This document shows positions 39,801 through 53,094 of a stretch of DNA of 64,000 nucleotides, piece by piece. Both the position numbers and the translations under genes were made by a program. The first letter of the stretch is position 1, and each line of letters begins with the position of its first letter. A model generated the notes under the pieces. That model was not told where the DNA came from and did no database searches. It saw only the letters and a list, made by a program, of their open reading frames with translations. Source of the stretch: Okamejei kenojei (lineage: Eukaryota); contig CM069134.1 in NCBI GenBank assembly GCA_035221665.1, forward strand, positions 23,064,001 to 23,128,000, written 5' to 3'.

Positions 39801-40261
39801 TTTCAGAAAATCCAGGTTGCTTATTATTCTATGCTTTGAAACTGCTTATATATCATCCATGTTGATTGATAAATTAATGCAAAGGTTTGTCATTTTTAGA
39901 ATATTTAACTCCGAGTATATTTTAATTTTAAAGATATGTTTTCTTTGCTGGAATAACAAAGCTGTACTTCACATTTTACCCGTGATTTAATGTAATTTGT
40001 AGAAGCAAGTTTCCAAAATGAAGAGATTTTCTTATACCCAAGGCAGGCGTGTTGACATCCTGTTGTGCTGAACACCTGATGAAATGCAGCACAATAATGG
40101 ATGAGTTACTTCACTGGAAGTTGTAAAGGTGTCTTGGAATGAAGAGTTATGTTTGTTCTTTCCTGATCCATGTTCTGCTCAACTTCTACCCCCTGTATTG
40201 TCAATGGGTGTGGAGCATTGCCATATCCAACCAAGTCACATCAGCCAGCTTTATGTTTGAA

Positions 40262-40450
40262 ACCTAGAAACATAGAAAATAGGTGCAGGAGCAGGCCATT
40301 TGGCCCTTCGAGCCAGCACCGCCATTCAATACGATCATGGCTGATCATCCATAATCAGTTCCTGCTCCTGCAGTCCCCGTTCCTGCTTTCTCCCATATCC
40401 CTTGATTCCATTAGCCCCAAGAGATATATCTAACTCTCTCTTGAATACAT
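40262..40450 (-). mobile_element. CR1 3' tail fragment
   Basis: tagaaacatagaaaataggtgcaggagcaggccatttggccc. Confidence 0.75.
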
Positions 40451-40544
40451 CATATCTTGAATACATAAACTACATGAAAGCAATATGTGGCTTTACTTCC
40501 CTCATTCTGTTAAACAAGACAAAGTGTCCCACAATATGATTTAT

Positions 40545-40672
40545 TTAAGAAAGAACTGCAGATGCTGGAAAAATCAAAGGTAGACAAAAAAGCTAGAGAA
40601 ACTCAGCAGGTGAGGCTGCATCTATGGAGCAAAGGAATAGGCGACGTTTCGGGTTGAGACCCTTCTTCAGAA
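40545..40672 (-). mobile_element. Penelope-derived short repeat with intact hammerhead-like core
   Basis: Minus strand reads CTGAAGA A GGGT CTCA ACCC GAAAC GTC (40670-40643). Confidence 0.7.
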
Positions 40673-42080
40673 CTCAATAGGATTTGTACTCTTTTAACTA
40701 GATTAGCTGGTTCTTCAAATCCAAATTAAATGGAAACAATGGCATTTACTTTTGAATGGAAAATAGCACAGGAGAAACCAATAAAAGCTATTATTGGAAT
40801 TCAATTCCATAAGCACATGTAGAAAATGCCTATTTTGTTAAAAGCTCGAGGAAACCAAACAGAACAAAATATGCAATGTGGCTAAAGTCTGGTAGACAGC
40901 TTAGGTAAACGGCACTTTTTTTTTGCCTAATGCTTTATACAATAACATTGTTCTTTCTCCACAGTTAAGGCTTGTCTGAATGAAAACAGGTGTCAATGCC
41001 ATTAGTTCATTGAATGAAGAACAACATCTACTCAACTCTTATTATGTTAGTTTATGTGGTTATTGAACATAATTGTAGCTCTTTCCAATAATAATGAACA
41101 TACCATACAAATTAAACTGAATGTAAACCCATGTTTCTGCCACTATTTCATGAGTTATCCAATTGTGCAAATAGTTAAAAGCAACCACTTGTACTACCAT
41201 TGTACGACTGCAAGAATCTTTGCATGCTTTACCTTCAAATTCAACTAATTGGCCTAAAATTACATTTGCACCATTATCTTCAGGGGGCATTAAAATAGCA
41301 AATCAACCTCCCCACAGCTTCAAAAAGCTCTTTTAAAAAGTATCATGTCATTCATTAATGTCAATTTAAGAACAGTGCTATCAGGCTCCCTCGTGTGAAG
41401 CTAATTTGTTTCAAGAGCTGCAGGCATTGAAAGTTACATTTCTCATGTTAGTTTTAAGTATCATAACAGCAGGAAACAGCTCTTAAAGGGTTAAGCAACA
41501 GTACAAACCACACACTTCCAGCCACTTGGAGAATGTTGATAAGAAATAGGTGTTTGCTCCAATGACGTGAAGAGCTAGTCGCGTCCTGTGGGGAGGGAAC
41601 TGAATGGTAAATGAACAGGCTGATGAAGAGTAGTGCATGCATCAGCCATTTTCTTTTTGCAAAGGTACTTCTGGCTGGAAGTGTCTCGGAAGGTGAATAC
41701 TGTCACATCCTGGCCTCAGATGTGGAATAATGATGATACTGACACAATATTTATAGGTTACATTCCTTGATCTCAGAGTTTATTATCTCACTCAGTCTCG
41801 GCTTACTCAACGCACATGCGTCATGACATCCCTCCTTTACCAGAATTAAACTTTAAATTAATATGTGTTCTTTCTAATATACTTTCCAATTCAATTCTTA
41901 CAAAACATATTTGTGTTTTCATTTGTGTTCCATTAACTCACGAAACAGATGCATTACAACCACAAAACAAATGCAATTTTTTACACTATTGTAACCTTAA
42001 TAAACTCCTTGCTCGTAATAAAAAGTATTATAATAAATAGTATCATAATAAACAGTATCATACTAAACAGTATCATAATC

Positions 42081-42740
42081 TACAACACAAAATCATATCG
42101 CTTGGGGACTCTCCTTTCACGGTTCAGGTCTACCAGCTGGCACAGAAGCATCAGAGCCTGTTGAATCTGCCAAAGAGTTGTCACCCAGACACCTTCTCTG
42201 CTCACCACCTGCATTGCAGTGTGCTTCCTCTGGAACTCTGGTCACCAGCTCGGAAATGTCGTCTGGCCCCTCTGAATCAGTAGCTCTTTGTGGATTTTGG
42301 GCTACCTTGTTTTGAGTGTCCCTGGATATGTACTTTTTGACACTCGATACATTTCTCTTGTAGATACTACCTTCTGGAGACTTGACTGTCACCATGCTGC
42401 CACTCCTCGATACAACATTGTATGGTTGGCAATGGTAAGGAGTGTCTATCTTACCGCCATCATCTCGACTCACTGGCACATCATCCACAGGAATTATTTC
42501 AGAGTGCCTGGCTCGTCATTTCAAGTCGGCATACCATGTTGCCACACCTTTCTTTTCGCCACCACAGTCGCTCAGCTCCTCGTCTTCCATGATCTCACGC
42601 ACTTCTGGTATTTTAGTGCGAATTTTCCTTCCAAACAAAGCTTCTGCTGGACTTTTCCCTGTCATTGAGTGAGTGATCGCCCGATATACAGCAACGTATG
42701 CTAACAGTGCCTCCTTCCAGTTTCCCGTCGGCATGGGTGA
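42081..42740 (-). pseudogene. Gypsy-type LTR retrotransposon integrase C-terminal relic
   Basis: WKEALLAYVAVYRAITHSMTGKSPAEALFGRKIRTKIP..ADLK*RAR..PYNVVSRSGSMVTVKSPEGSIYKRNVSSVKKY; no LTR seen. Confidence 0.75.
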
Positions 42741-45039
42741 TTCGTAATGCAATGGTTTAGTTGCGGTGTATGGATATATACCACCCACCACCCTCACAGG
42801 GAAAAAAAACTTATTGAAGAGGAGAGATATGTCTCAAAAATATACATTTTTGAAGCCTTCCGAGTTAGAAGATGGTTCTTTTGTGACTGAACACCACCAT
42901 GGTTCCATGAACAACACCAGTCAGGTGGAAAATTGTGCTGGAGACAAATTATCTCCATCACCCTCCTATTGACATCATTTAGATGAGTAGGAAGCAAAGA
43001 AAACAGTGGCAGGGTACAAGAAAATCCCACTTAGAAATATCACACAATATTAATGAATGGTTTCAACTCTCCCTGAAACATCCACTAAATTCTTCATATT
43101 TTACAATGCTATTTTCATCGACACAATGGCTCTTTTACTTTGCACAAGTGAACTCGAGGCCGATTTAAATCTTTGAAATGTAAAGATTTCATTCGGAAAG
43201 CTAAAGGATCATGGACATTCCAGGCCATACATGAAAGCAGATGAGATTATTATACCCAGAAGGCATTTTAAAAACATCTGTCAATTTTCTTTTATGGAAT
43301 GTACTGATGATGTGCTATTGATTGCATCTTAAACAAAGTTGTTACAAAACCCAACCATTAACAATTCACATTGATAGGGACAATCAATATTTAAATGACT
43401 CTCTTCATTGATTTAAAATTAATTTTCAATTAAGAGATCCATATTACTTTCAAATGCAACACTTATCCATTCCAGCAAAAAGGTACATTTATTGATACTT
43501 AAACAGCAGCGGCTGCTTTCACATCGATTTGGTAATTTGTGCAGTGATTCGTTAGCGTCACCAGCCTTCCAAATATGTACCACAGCCTTACGACGCCTTA
43601 TAGCACTTGAAGACCCGAGGAAGAGTTTGTTAAATCAGCAGGCTATCACGATTCCACGTGAAATGCAAGGAGCTTGGAAAATAACAACAGGTAGGACTAT
43701 TGAAGCTGCAGGAATTTTAAAAATGCATCTTTGTACAGTTTTTCTAAAATAATGAACACTTCAATGGCGCTAGCTTGCACTACACATGATCCTTTATTTT
43801 GTCTAATTAGACGGCTGAAACCTTTTGTTTCTCTACATGCAATGGATGAAACCTTTTATCAGGCATATTGATTCCTCCAGATCTAAACTATATCTTTTGT
43901 CTCTGAGTGGCTTCTGTAAGATGTCTCAGGGTGTATCATTTAATATAACCCTTGATGCTGTTGCCTCACAGTTGGTGTTACATCTTAACATGAAACTCAC
44001 TGTCTCAACAAAGGGAAATGCTGCTTAGATCTTATTAAGTACAATACTGCTAAAGTGCAATTAAAGTTATTATCACTATTTACATGCCGCCTTGTTAATT
44101 TGCAAATAATTAGAACCAATGCCAGTTTCTAATTAAGACTTGCTGCTGAACAGAGCTGTGTGGTTAATTTAAGGGAACTGAAGAAGTATGCCCTTTAGCC
44201 TGTCAATTTCACAGCACTTTGTAACACACTTCATGTTGCACCAGTAACAAAAGCATTTAGATCGAGTACAGTTTAATACCAAGAGCAGCATATTGTAAAG
44301 TCATGCAATATGTGTACCCTATAAACGTAGCTATTATTTTTATTTGGCAAGATTTGAACAGTAACCAAACTAAAAAAAGAAACAAAACATCATAAATTGG
44401 ATGCATGAATTTAATTGCAATTAAAATAGAAAGGAAGGGTAAATATTTTGAACTAAACAGGTTTATAAGAAAACGGTTTAATGAATAGTTTAAAATTCTG
44501 TTGGAACTGGTTCAACTGGCTTTCTGGATCCTAATTTTCTCTGTACACACAGACCAAAGTTTGTATTGTAATATTCTCAGTTTCAAACCTGGGAAACTTG
44601 GATGAAGGATGAGAAAATCTATTACAAATAGGGATGGTCAGGTATAGTCTCCAGGTGTAGTCTCCTTCCAACTGACTTCTTTTAAAAGCTTAGCACCTCA
44701 AATAAGCATCAATATTTGCAAGTGAACAAATTTAAAGCAGACAACATACCTAGTTTTGGTCGCAATCAAGAGCATGTTATTGGAGGAGAGGTTTGAGGAG
44801 GTATACTTCACATCACCACCCTATTTGGTCAAACCCCCAAGAGGCACAAAGACAATTGAGGTCAATTGGTATAAATAGGAAAGTGTCCAATGTCTAGAGT
44901 CACACCTGATGATTGTAGTGACAGAGAACATGTATTGTTGCCTCACAACATCTCTGCAGGAGTTACACAGTGTGGCCTCTATAATTACAACCTTTTTCAG
45001 CCAGTTCATCACAGATCTTTTCTTTCCTGTGGCCATTCT

Positions 45040-45290
45040 CAGCTGTGGCTCAGTTGGTAGTGTGTTTGCTTCTGAGTCAAAAGGTTGTGGGAGTCCCTCT
45101 GCAGAGATGCGAGTGTACACGCTTTATTTGCCGCTGCAGTGATGCACTTTCAGATGAAGCTTTAAACTGAGGCCTTTTATTGCTTCTAGGATGTAAAAGT
45201 TCCTTGTGGTATTATTCCGGAGTAGGGGAGCTATCCTTCGTGTCTTGGCTTATGTCTATCCCTCACCTAACATGCCTTAAAATAGATTGA
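45040..45290 (+). mobile_element. Deu-domain SINE (SacSINE1-like)
   Basis: tRNA-like head gtggctcagttggtag; Deu-like core ctttcagatgaagctttaaactgaggcc..gatgtaaaag..gagtagggg..gtgtcttggc. Confidence 0.6.
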
Positions 45291-45439
45291 GAATAGATAC
45301 AACTCAGTGGGACTAGCAGCATATCTGGATAGAAGGATTGTGTGATGTTTTGTGCTGAGACCCTTCTTCAGACTGGTACCCAGTCAGTATTTCAGCAAGG
45401 AAAGCCTAATTAACACCACAGACCTAATAAAAGATTATG

Positions 45440-45835
45440 TCGTCATACAGTGCAGAAACAGGCTCTTCGGCCCAACTAGTCCATGCTGACCAAACTCCCA
45501 TCTATGCTACTTCCATTTATCCACATCTGACCCAATGCCCTCTGAACCTTTCCTATCCAAGTACCTGTCCAAATGTCTTTCAATTGTTGTTATTGTACAT
45601 GCTGTAACTACTTCCTCTGGAAGCTTGTTCCATATACTCTTCAACTGTCCTCAAGTACTCTGAATGAAACCAGTTGTCCCTCTGGTACTTATTAAATCTT
45701 TCTCCTCTCAACTTAAACCTATGCCCTCTAGTTCTTGACTCCTCCACCCTGAGAGGAAAAAAAGGCACTGTGGATTCACCCTATTTATTTCCATCATGAC
45801 TTTATACACCATTATAAGATCACCCCTCAGCCTCC
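45440..45835 (-). mobile_element. CR1/HER1 3' fragment
   Basis: ESRTRGHRFKLRGERF remnant; catacagtgcagaaacaggc tail. Confidence 0.75.
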
Positions 45836-46439
45836 TTGGGTTACAGCAGCTTTGTGGTTCAGTTTATGGACTGCTGCTCCATATTCACAAAATCAAGTTA
45901 TGTGTAGACTTTCAGTCCATGTAAAAAAATCTCGACTTAAATCAATGTAGTCCAAGTAAAAAGAACCATAAAACTATTGGATTGTCATCAACATTCATCT
46001 GATTTACAATTGTCCTTTGGATGGAAATCAGCCAGCTTTTTGCAGACTGGATTACGGACCTACCAATGTGATTGACTCCTAACTTAAATGCCTTAAATTT
46101 TAGGGCATTTAAGGATGGGTCTTGTCAGTACATTCACATTCTGTGAATGAATGAATACAAATTAAAATTAATCATTCCTATTAACCAGTTTCCATTATCA
46201 GTATCCTCATTGGGATTCAGAATGGCTTAAACTACAATTGTAGAATTATTTTAAAGTATTTTAAAAGTCTTTTATATCACTGCAGCAGCCATATGCAGCA
46301 ATAAGATTTTTTTCAACAGTTAGTCAAGGCTAACAGTAGGTCTCAGTGGGTCTCCATTAGCCTGGCTTTAGTGTCAATGGGAATGGCGTAACCCTGGCGA
46401 TTCTTGTACTATTCATGCCATGGCAATGGTTTCATTGGG

Positions 46440-46890
46440 TCATATGATAGGAGTAGAATTAGGCCATTCGGCCCATCAAGTCTAATCCGCCATTCGATCA
46501 TGGGTGCTCTCTTTCCCTCCAAACCCAAATTCTTCTGCCTTCTCCCCATAACCCCTGACATCTATATAAATCAAATATCTATCTATCTCTGCCTTAAAAA
46601 TATCCACTGACTTGGCCTCCACGGCCTTCTGTGGCAAAGAATTCCACAGATTCACCTCCAAAACTAAAGAAATTTCTCCTCATCTCCTTCCTAAATGAAC
46701 ATTCTTTAATTCTGAGGCAATGTCCTCTAGTCCTAGTCTATCCCACCATTGAAAACATCCTCTCCACATCGAATCTATCCAAGCCTTTCACTGCACTGTC
46801 AGGGTTCAATAAGGTTCCCCCCTAATTCTTCTAAATTCCAGCAAGTACAGGCCCAGTGCCGATAAACACTTATCTTAGGTTAACCTACAC
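46440..46890 (-). mobile_element. CR1 3' fragment
   Basis: ggagtagaattaggccattcggcccatc..gtggcaaagaattccacagattcac. Confidence 0.75.
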
Positions 46891-49619
46891 ATTCGTGGTT
46901 CTGTGTTCAAATCTTGAGATGTTAACATTGTCCCTTCAATGTAATAATTGAATTCACAAAGGGATGGCTCACCACTCTCTCAGAGCAACAAGAATGAGCA
47001 GTAAGTGCAATCTTGCCAGAATGCCAGAAACACATTTGATAAAAATCATCTTTTTGGTTCAGGTTGACGTTTGATCATGAATGTATTTTGCTGTGACATT
47101 GGTGCTCTGGATTTTGCTTGGCGTGATAGTGAGACCGAGAAGGGAAACAAAGAGTGAGCGAACAAGTGAAAACATGGAACAGATTTTTTTGCATAAAATG
47201 ACTTGTCTGTTCCACTTTTCCTTTTTACAACAATTAACAACAATTTTAATTAATTGTTGCATCAAGGCCCAATAGTAAAATAGTAAGTTAGGTTTGGTTA
47301 GATATCTCACAACCTTCTCTGGAAAGATTAATGAAACTATTCCTCACTGGTTTTCAGAATAGCTTGTTACAATTGCAAAATTATTTTAAAGTATTTTTAC
47401 CAGTAGTGCAGTTAAATGTGAGCAGTGTCAAGACTGCCAATTAGAGTCTGCCTCAGCCTACTTCACTTTGAAATTCATTTGAGCTTTAATGCTCAACCTA
47501 CACTGAAAACTATGACATAGAAGGAAGCAACTTTCTACTCCACATAGATGATAACTGTGTAGGCAGCGACTGCACAGTTTGTATTATTTTCATTCACCAC
47601 AGTTTTGATCCAAATGCCTCATTTCACAGTGGGACAGGAAGCTAGTATAAATGTTTAATTCAATATCAAGACAAAACACCAATATATATATTGTTGCTCT
47701 TTCTGCTCAGGAAGAAAGCCAGCATCAAAGAGAGAGACTTCTCTAAGACAGTACATGTTTGCAATTACCATAGACTTTTCAGCAAGAAAAATTTAATTGG
47801 TCTAATTTAGAGCTATAGAAAATTACCTAGTCCTTGAATGGCTGAATACCATTTTAAAATGTAGCATTATTTGGAAAATTCATGGTATATCAAATAGTTG
47901 CATAATTTCCAACAACCAATTGTAAAATTGTAATTTACATTTTTATGCAAAAATCATCTTGCCTGGACAGCAACACGCATTTTCAATTAAAAACCGCAGC
48001 AAACAACAGACATCGAAGATACTGAAGAAACAGTTACTCAGGAAATACAGTACATCTATACGAATCTGGAAATCATAGTCTCCTTGTCAATAGTGCTTGT
48101 AGCATGGCTGCCCATTATAATGCAATTACACCAGTCTCGACATGAACACGAGCTCAGACCACTCACTCGCCTGCTTGCTGTTTTTTTAATATGCTTTGGT
48201 TCAGTGCTGTCTGTTCAACTGGAGTTAAACTACCTCAGGCTGACCCATTCATTACCTACAGGTACCAAGTTATATAATCCCTGAGAGTAAAATGCAAGGA
48301 AACTAATTATGTAAAGCATCAAGTTTTTTTTCATACTTATAATCTGCCTGCTTCTACCTCACCCATCAGCACACCTACTGAATACTGTAAATATTTAAAG
48401 TCCTCATTATATCTGATGATTATGACCGTCACATTAATGCAAGGCAAATCCTTGATGAGCTAATGAGTGTGGGATATATCGCAGTTAGTTTAAGTGCTGT
48501 GCAATTAAGACATTTCATGTAAGTGCAAACACAAAGCATAAACTTCACTATGTCTCAGAAGAATTTGTGATTTATGTTTTTTTTCTCCACCTTAAAACAT
48601 TCTATAACAGTTTAACTTTTAAATTGCAAAAGGCTTCTGAAGTTTATTTTTATTGGTTAGTATCGCGGCCAAGATCAAAGGTACTGATGTGTGAATTTGA
48701 TGCCTTAGCCACCCCCTGAAATGTCTAATCATATAACACAAGTGTCACATAATTCAGCATATATTATGACAGTAGCAATTACAGAAAAGTGCATGACACT
48801 ATTATTTCCAACTGGAAATTAGATGATTATGCTAATTAAGTGATAGATAGCAGGTGGCACAAAGCGGCTGTTAGATGCCTGTCTGATCCATAGAGAGACT
48901 CACAGTCGAAGTCTGCATGCCCTGCTTTGGCAATGACTGCTTCAACTGCTGCTTGGTTTGTCAGAAAGTGCTTGGCATTTGCTTTGATTTAGCACTTCCT
49001 TATCACATCAAAGAGGTGAAGAAGGTAACCTTGTAAGTCTGCCATGAAAAATCCACTGGCAATTTACCAACTCAAACTGCTGGATTTGCACGAGTATTAG
49101 TATATTTCCAACGTTATTTTATAGACCAAAATAAAAGTGAAAAAAAAATGAGGGAAACACTCAGCAGGTCAGACCACATCTGCGGGAAGAGAAACTGAGT
49201 TAATATTTCAAGGCAAAATCTTTAGACTTCAAACATGAACTCTGCTTCTCTTACCACAGATGTCACATGACTTACCAGGCATTTGCTGTGCTTTCTGTGT
49301 TTATTTTAGATTTAGTGGGATATGTGCCATATACGGACATGTGAGACTATTGTAGAAGGGGTATTATGGTCAACATGGGCGAGTTGGGCTGAAGGGCCTG
49401 TTTCCATGTTGTATTACTATTTACATACTTTGCAGGTTTTTTAAAATTTTCTTTTACTTTCTCAACATAGCCAACCAAAGATGAATGATTATAAAGGGAT
49501 GCACTATTCAAGTCAACAACATTTTGGATATTGAAACCCACTTAGATAAACTGCAACTCCTTTTTTACAACTAAAAATACACCTTTAGTTTAGTTTATTT
49601 TACAAGTACAGCATGGGAA

Positions 49620-49855
49620 CAGGCTCTTGGGTGTCCTTGTACATCAGTCACTGAAAGTAAGCATGCAGGTAGAAAACTAATGGCCTTCATAACAAGAGGA
49701 GTTGAGTATATGAGCAAAGGGGTCCTTCTGCATTTGTATAGGGCCCTGGTGAGACCACACCTGGAGTATTGTGTGCAGATTTGGTCTCCAAATTTGAGGA
49801 AGGACATTCTTGCTATTGAGGGAGTGCGGCGTAGGTTCACGAGGTTAATGCCCGG
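49620..49855 (+). mobile_element. CR1 ORF2 fragment
   Basis: AFITRGVEYMSKGVLLHLYRALVRPHLEYCVQIWSPNLRKDILAIEGVRRRFTRLMPG. Confidence 0.85.
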
Positions 49856-50348
49856 TGTAGGAGCCATTAAGCTAAAGTCAGTATATTATAGCCATGTCTA
49901 ACATTTTTGATATTTTGGTTTTTATTTGTCTGTATCTTTGTAGGTGGGATTTGATATGTAAATGTGATATGTCTACTTCTAGAGGAGACTAGTGCAGACT
50001 CATAGATTTGGAGTCAGTTGGGTCTCGGGGGGGGGATGGTGAGAATACAGTTTTTTACCCATTCACACACACCACATGATCACGGTGCACCCACGTTAAT
50101 GAGATGAAATACTTTTATAAGAAGAAACTTTCATATGATTATAACATGAATGGAACCGATTAAGAACAGATAGTGACGGATTATTTATTTGGTATGTACT
50201 ACTTCATAAAAGATCAATGAATCAAGAATCAATGTTTGGAAGATTAGTTTTTGATATCTTAAGTGTGTCGTGAGTGAGTAAAATGTACCTCCTAACCATC
50301 ATCCGAGAAGTAATGGCTATCCAAGTTGGGCTCTGAGAAGGCCGTAAA

Positions 50349-50626
50349 GATTTTTTTGGCTATTTGCCGGCACCCGTCATAGTCGCAGCAGGTCGCCGAA
50401 AATTTTCAACGTTGAAAATCCAGTGGCGACCAGAAAAACACACGACTCTTTGGGCCACTACTCATGACATGTGACGCCTGTATGGTTGTGAGTAGTCGTC
50501 TAAAGAGTCTTACCTTTCACTGGTCGCCGCTGGATTTTCAACATGTTGAAAATTTTTGGTGACCTGCTGTGACTATGACGGGTGCCGGCAAATCGCCAAA
50601 GAAATTGCATAAGTGGGACAGGCCCT
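50349..50626. mobile_element. Fold-back Harbinger-type MITE lacking its left terminus
   Basis: Ends aagtgggacaggccct|taa like the MITEs at 8461 and 13787; whole body is a long imperfect palindrome. Confidence 0.75.
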
Positions 50627-51819
50627 TAACTGAATAGCATAAATACACACCCCACTTATAGTGGATATATAAACTCAGATATTTTATGTCTGGCTATACC
50701 CATCACCTGTACCCTTCTCCCGCACAAGTCCCCTGCCTGTACTGACCTATTGGGGCTAGATAGTTCCCAATGGTCTGACAGCCTTGGTTCCACAGACAGC
50801 AACCCCCTCCCACCCCAACACCACCTTGATGGCTTATGCTATCACAGAATATTTCACTGGTTTTAGATACGTCTGATGTCTAGAAACAACTTTACATAGT
50901 CAATATTGATTTTTAAAGATTTAGATAACTAGAAATTATTTTTGTGGAAGATCCACTTTCTGTTGTGGTTAAGTAGGGCACAAATATGTGCAAATGAAAA
51001 CTGCAGAAGAGGCATCCAGAGGCATTACAAGACACAGGATGCAACAGCACAAATCCTGCACTTAATACATTAGTGCAGCAATTCCTTGCAGGACTCAGGA
51101 ACAAAAGTCACAAAATGCCACTCTGCAACAAACATCAAATAAATCATTAAACTAAATTACAGCAAGAATACACAAATGAAATTGACATTCTCATCATTAT
51201 CTTTTCGTATGATTCACAACATAGGCATGAATAGAAGACCCAGCTCTCTCCCTCTCTGGACCCATTTTTATCCATCACTGCCCTAAAATATACAAAACAA
51301 CTTCATTCAAAAAAAGTGTTCTGAAATTTAAATACAGGAAATTATTTTTGGAGAAGTGTGCAATCAATTAACGACACGTTGCCCATCTGGTAAAGAATAT
51401 TTTACATCAATTTGAATTTTGTGACTGAGCTACTGTTAAGATTGCAATTATTTTAAGTTCAGCTGATAACTAACTGAAACTAAAGTAAAACTCACTAATT
51501 TCTTTTATTTCTCTAAATTGTCAATACTAATCATAATTTGTTAAAAGCAAATATAATGCACTAACACCATCCATTAGCAGTTGACCTGCTTGTAATCTTA
51601 TTATTCACAAGTTAAACACAAAACTCCATCACAATTAAACAAAATAAACAAATGTTCTCCAGATACTGCAAATGAAGAGCAATGTGTACTGAGTCATTTG
51701 GACCAAAGGATTCCAGGTTATTTTGTTGTTGCTTTGGATTTAGTTGATCGCCAGAATCCACCTCAGCATTGACAGGGAGGGAAGCCAAGTCTTCACCCCC
51801 TTATTATGACCCAGTGATT

Positions 51820-52120
51820 TAGAGTTTAGAGATACAGCATGGAAACGGGCCCTTTGGCCCATCAAGTCCATGTCGACCATCAATCACCCTTACACTAGTT
51901 CTATGTTATCTACTTTCGCATTCAACACTGGAGGCAATTTACAGAAGCCAATTATCCTACAAACCTGCACGTGTTTGGCTTGTGGGAGGAAACAGGAGCA
52001 CCCAGAAAAAACCCGTGAGGGGATAGGGAGAATGTACAAAGTCTGCACTGACAGCATCTGTAGTCGGGATCGAACCCGAGTCTCTGGTGCTATAAGGGCG
52101 CAACTCTACCTCCCCGCCAA
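51820..52120 (-). mobile_element. V-SINE (HE1-like)
   Basis: Tail ttagagatacagcatggaaacgggcc; V-domain; head gggatcgaacccgagtctctgg. Confidence 0.78.
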
Positions 52121-53094
52121 TATGCCGACAAAAACACAATGTGTGTGAGTATGTTTGTACACACAGTGGAATGTTAAATGTAGACATAATTGCATGTAAC
52201 TATGCTGCCTTGTCACAATCACAAAAGAATGGCACAAGCTAACAGGTAACCAGGACCTTACCTCAGCGCCGGTTCACACCATCAGAGGAATAAAGGAGAT
52301 TTTTTTCCCAGTGAAATGCATTGTCTAAAGAATGTTTGGGAAAAATGCTATGCTAAAAAAAAATTCACAATGTCTGAAATTCATTCCTAATTTATGGTAA
52401 CAGCTGCTCATTGTCCTCCTCTCGAGAAAATTGGTTCCCTTGAATGCAGTTCAATTTCAGGAGCAGGGTACAACATAAAGACTATAGCCATCACCTAGGG
52501 ATAAATATCTAGGCAAATATTTATTTTGGTCATCCTTTTATCTTGCCATTCCCAAAGGAAGGGAATTCACTTTCAAGAGACTGCCAGCCAGCCTGAGACC
52601 TCAGACACTGAAATGGCTCTGTTTAGCTTCTCTTTCAGGTCATTATTTAGGTTGCTTATTTACTTATTTAACCCCACTTTCTTTTTCCAATCCAAGGCCA
52701 CTGGTGACCACTTCAGCCCAGGACTGACAATAAAACTGTCAGTGCATTTCCATTGCCAACACGCAAGCACAGATAGCAGTAGCACAATTCTTTGTAGATT
52801 GTAGGAAAGTCTCCAGTGGATTAAATGTGCTCATGTGCTATTCCACATGGAGTACTGTGCAGCCAATGAGAATAATGAGTGCACTGATAACAGGAGGGAA
52901 GGAAGCTTTACCAAGGTCACGAAAATCAAACATAAATCAAACTAATAAAGGACTGCTTAACCAATTACAAAAAAAAATCTCCCCGAGTTATTCTTCCTGG
53001 TAGGTTCTTAACTCCAAATTATTTGTATTGTTTTCCTGGAATATAGGCAAAATGTAGATTTAATATATATTCTGCTTTTACAGTGCCCATGTTA

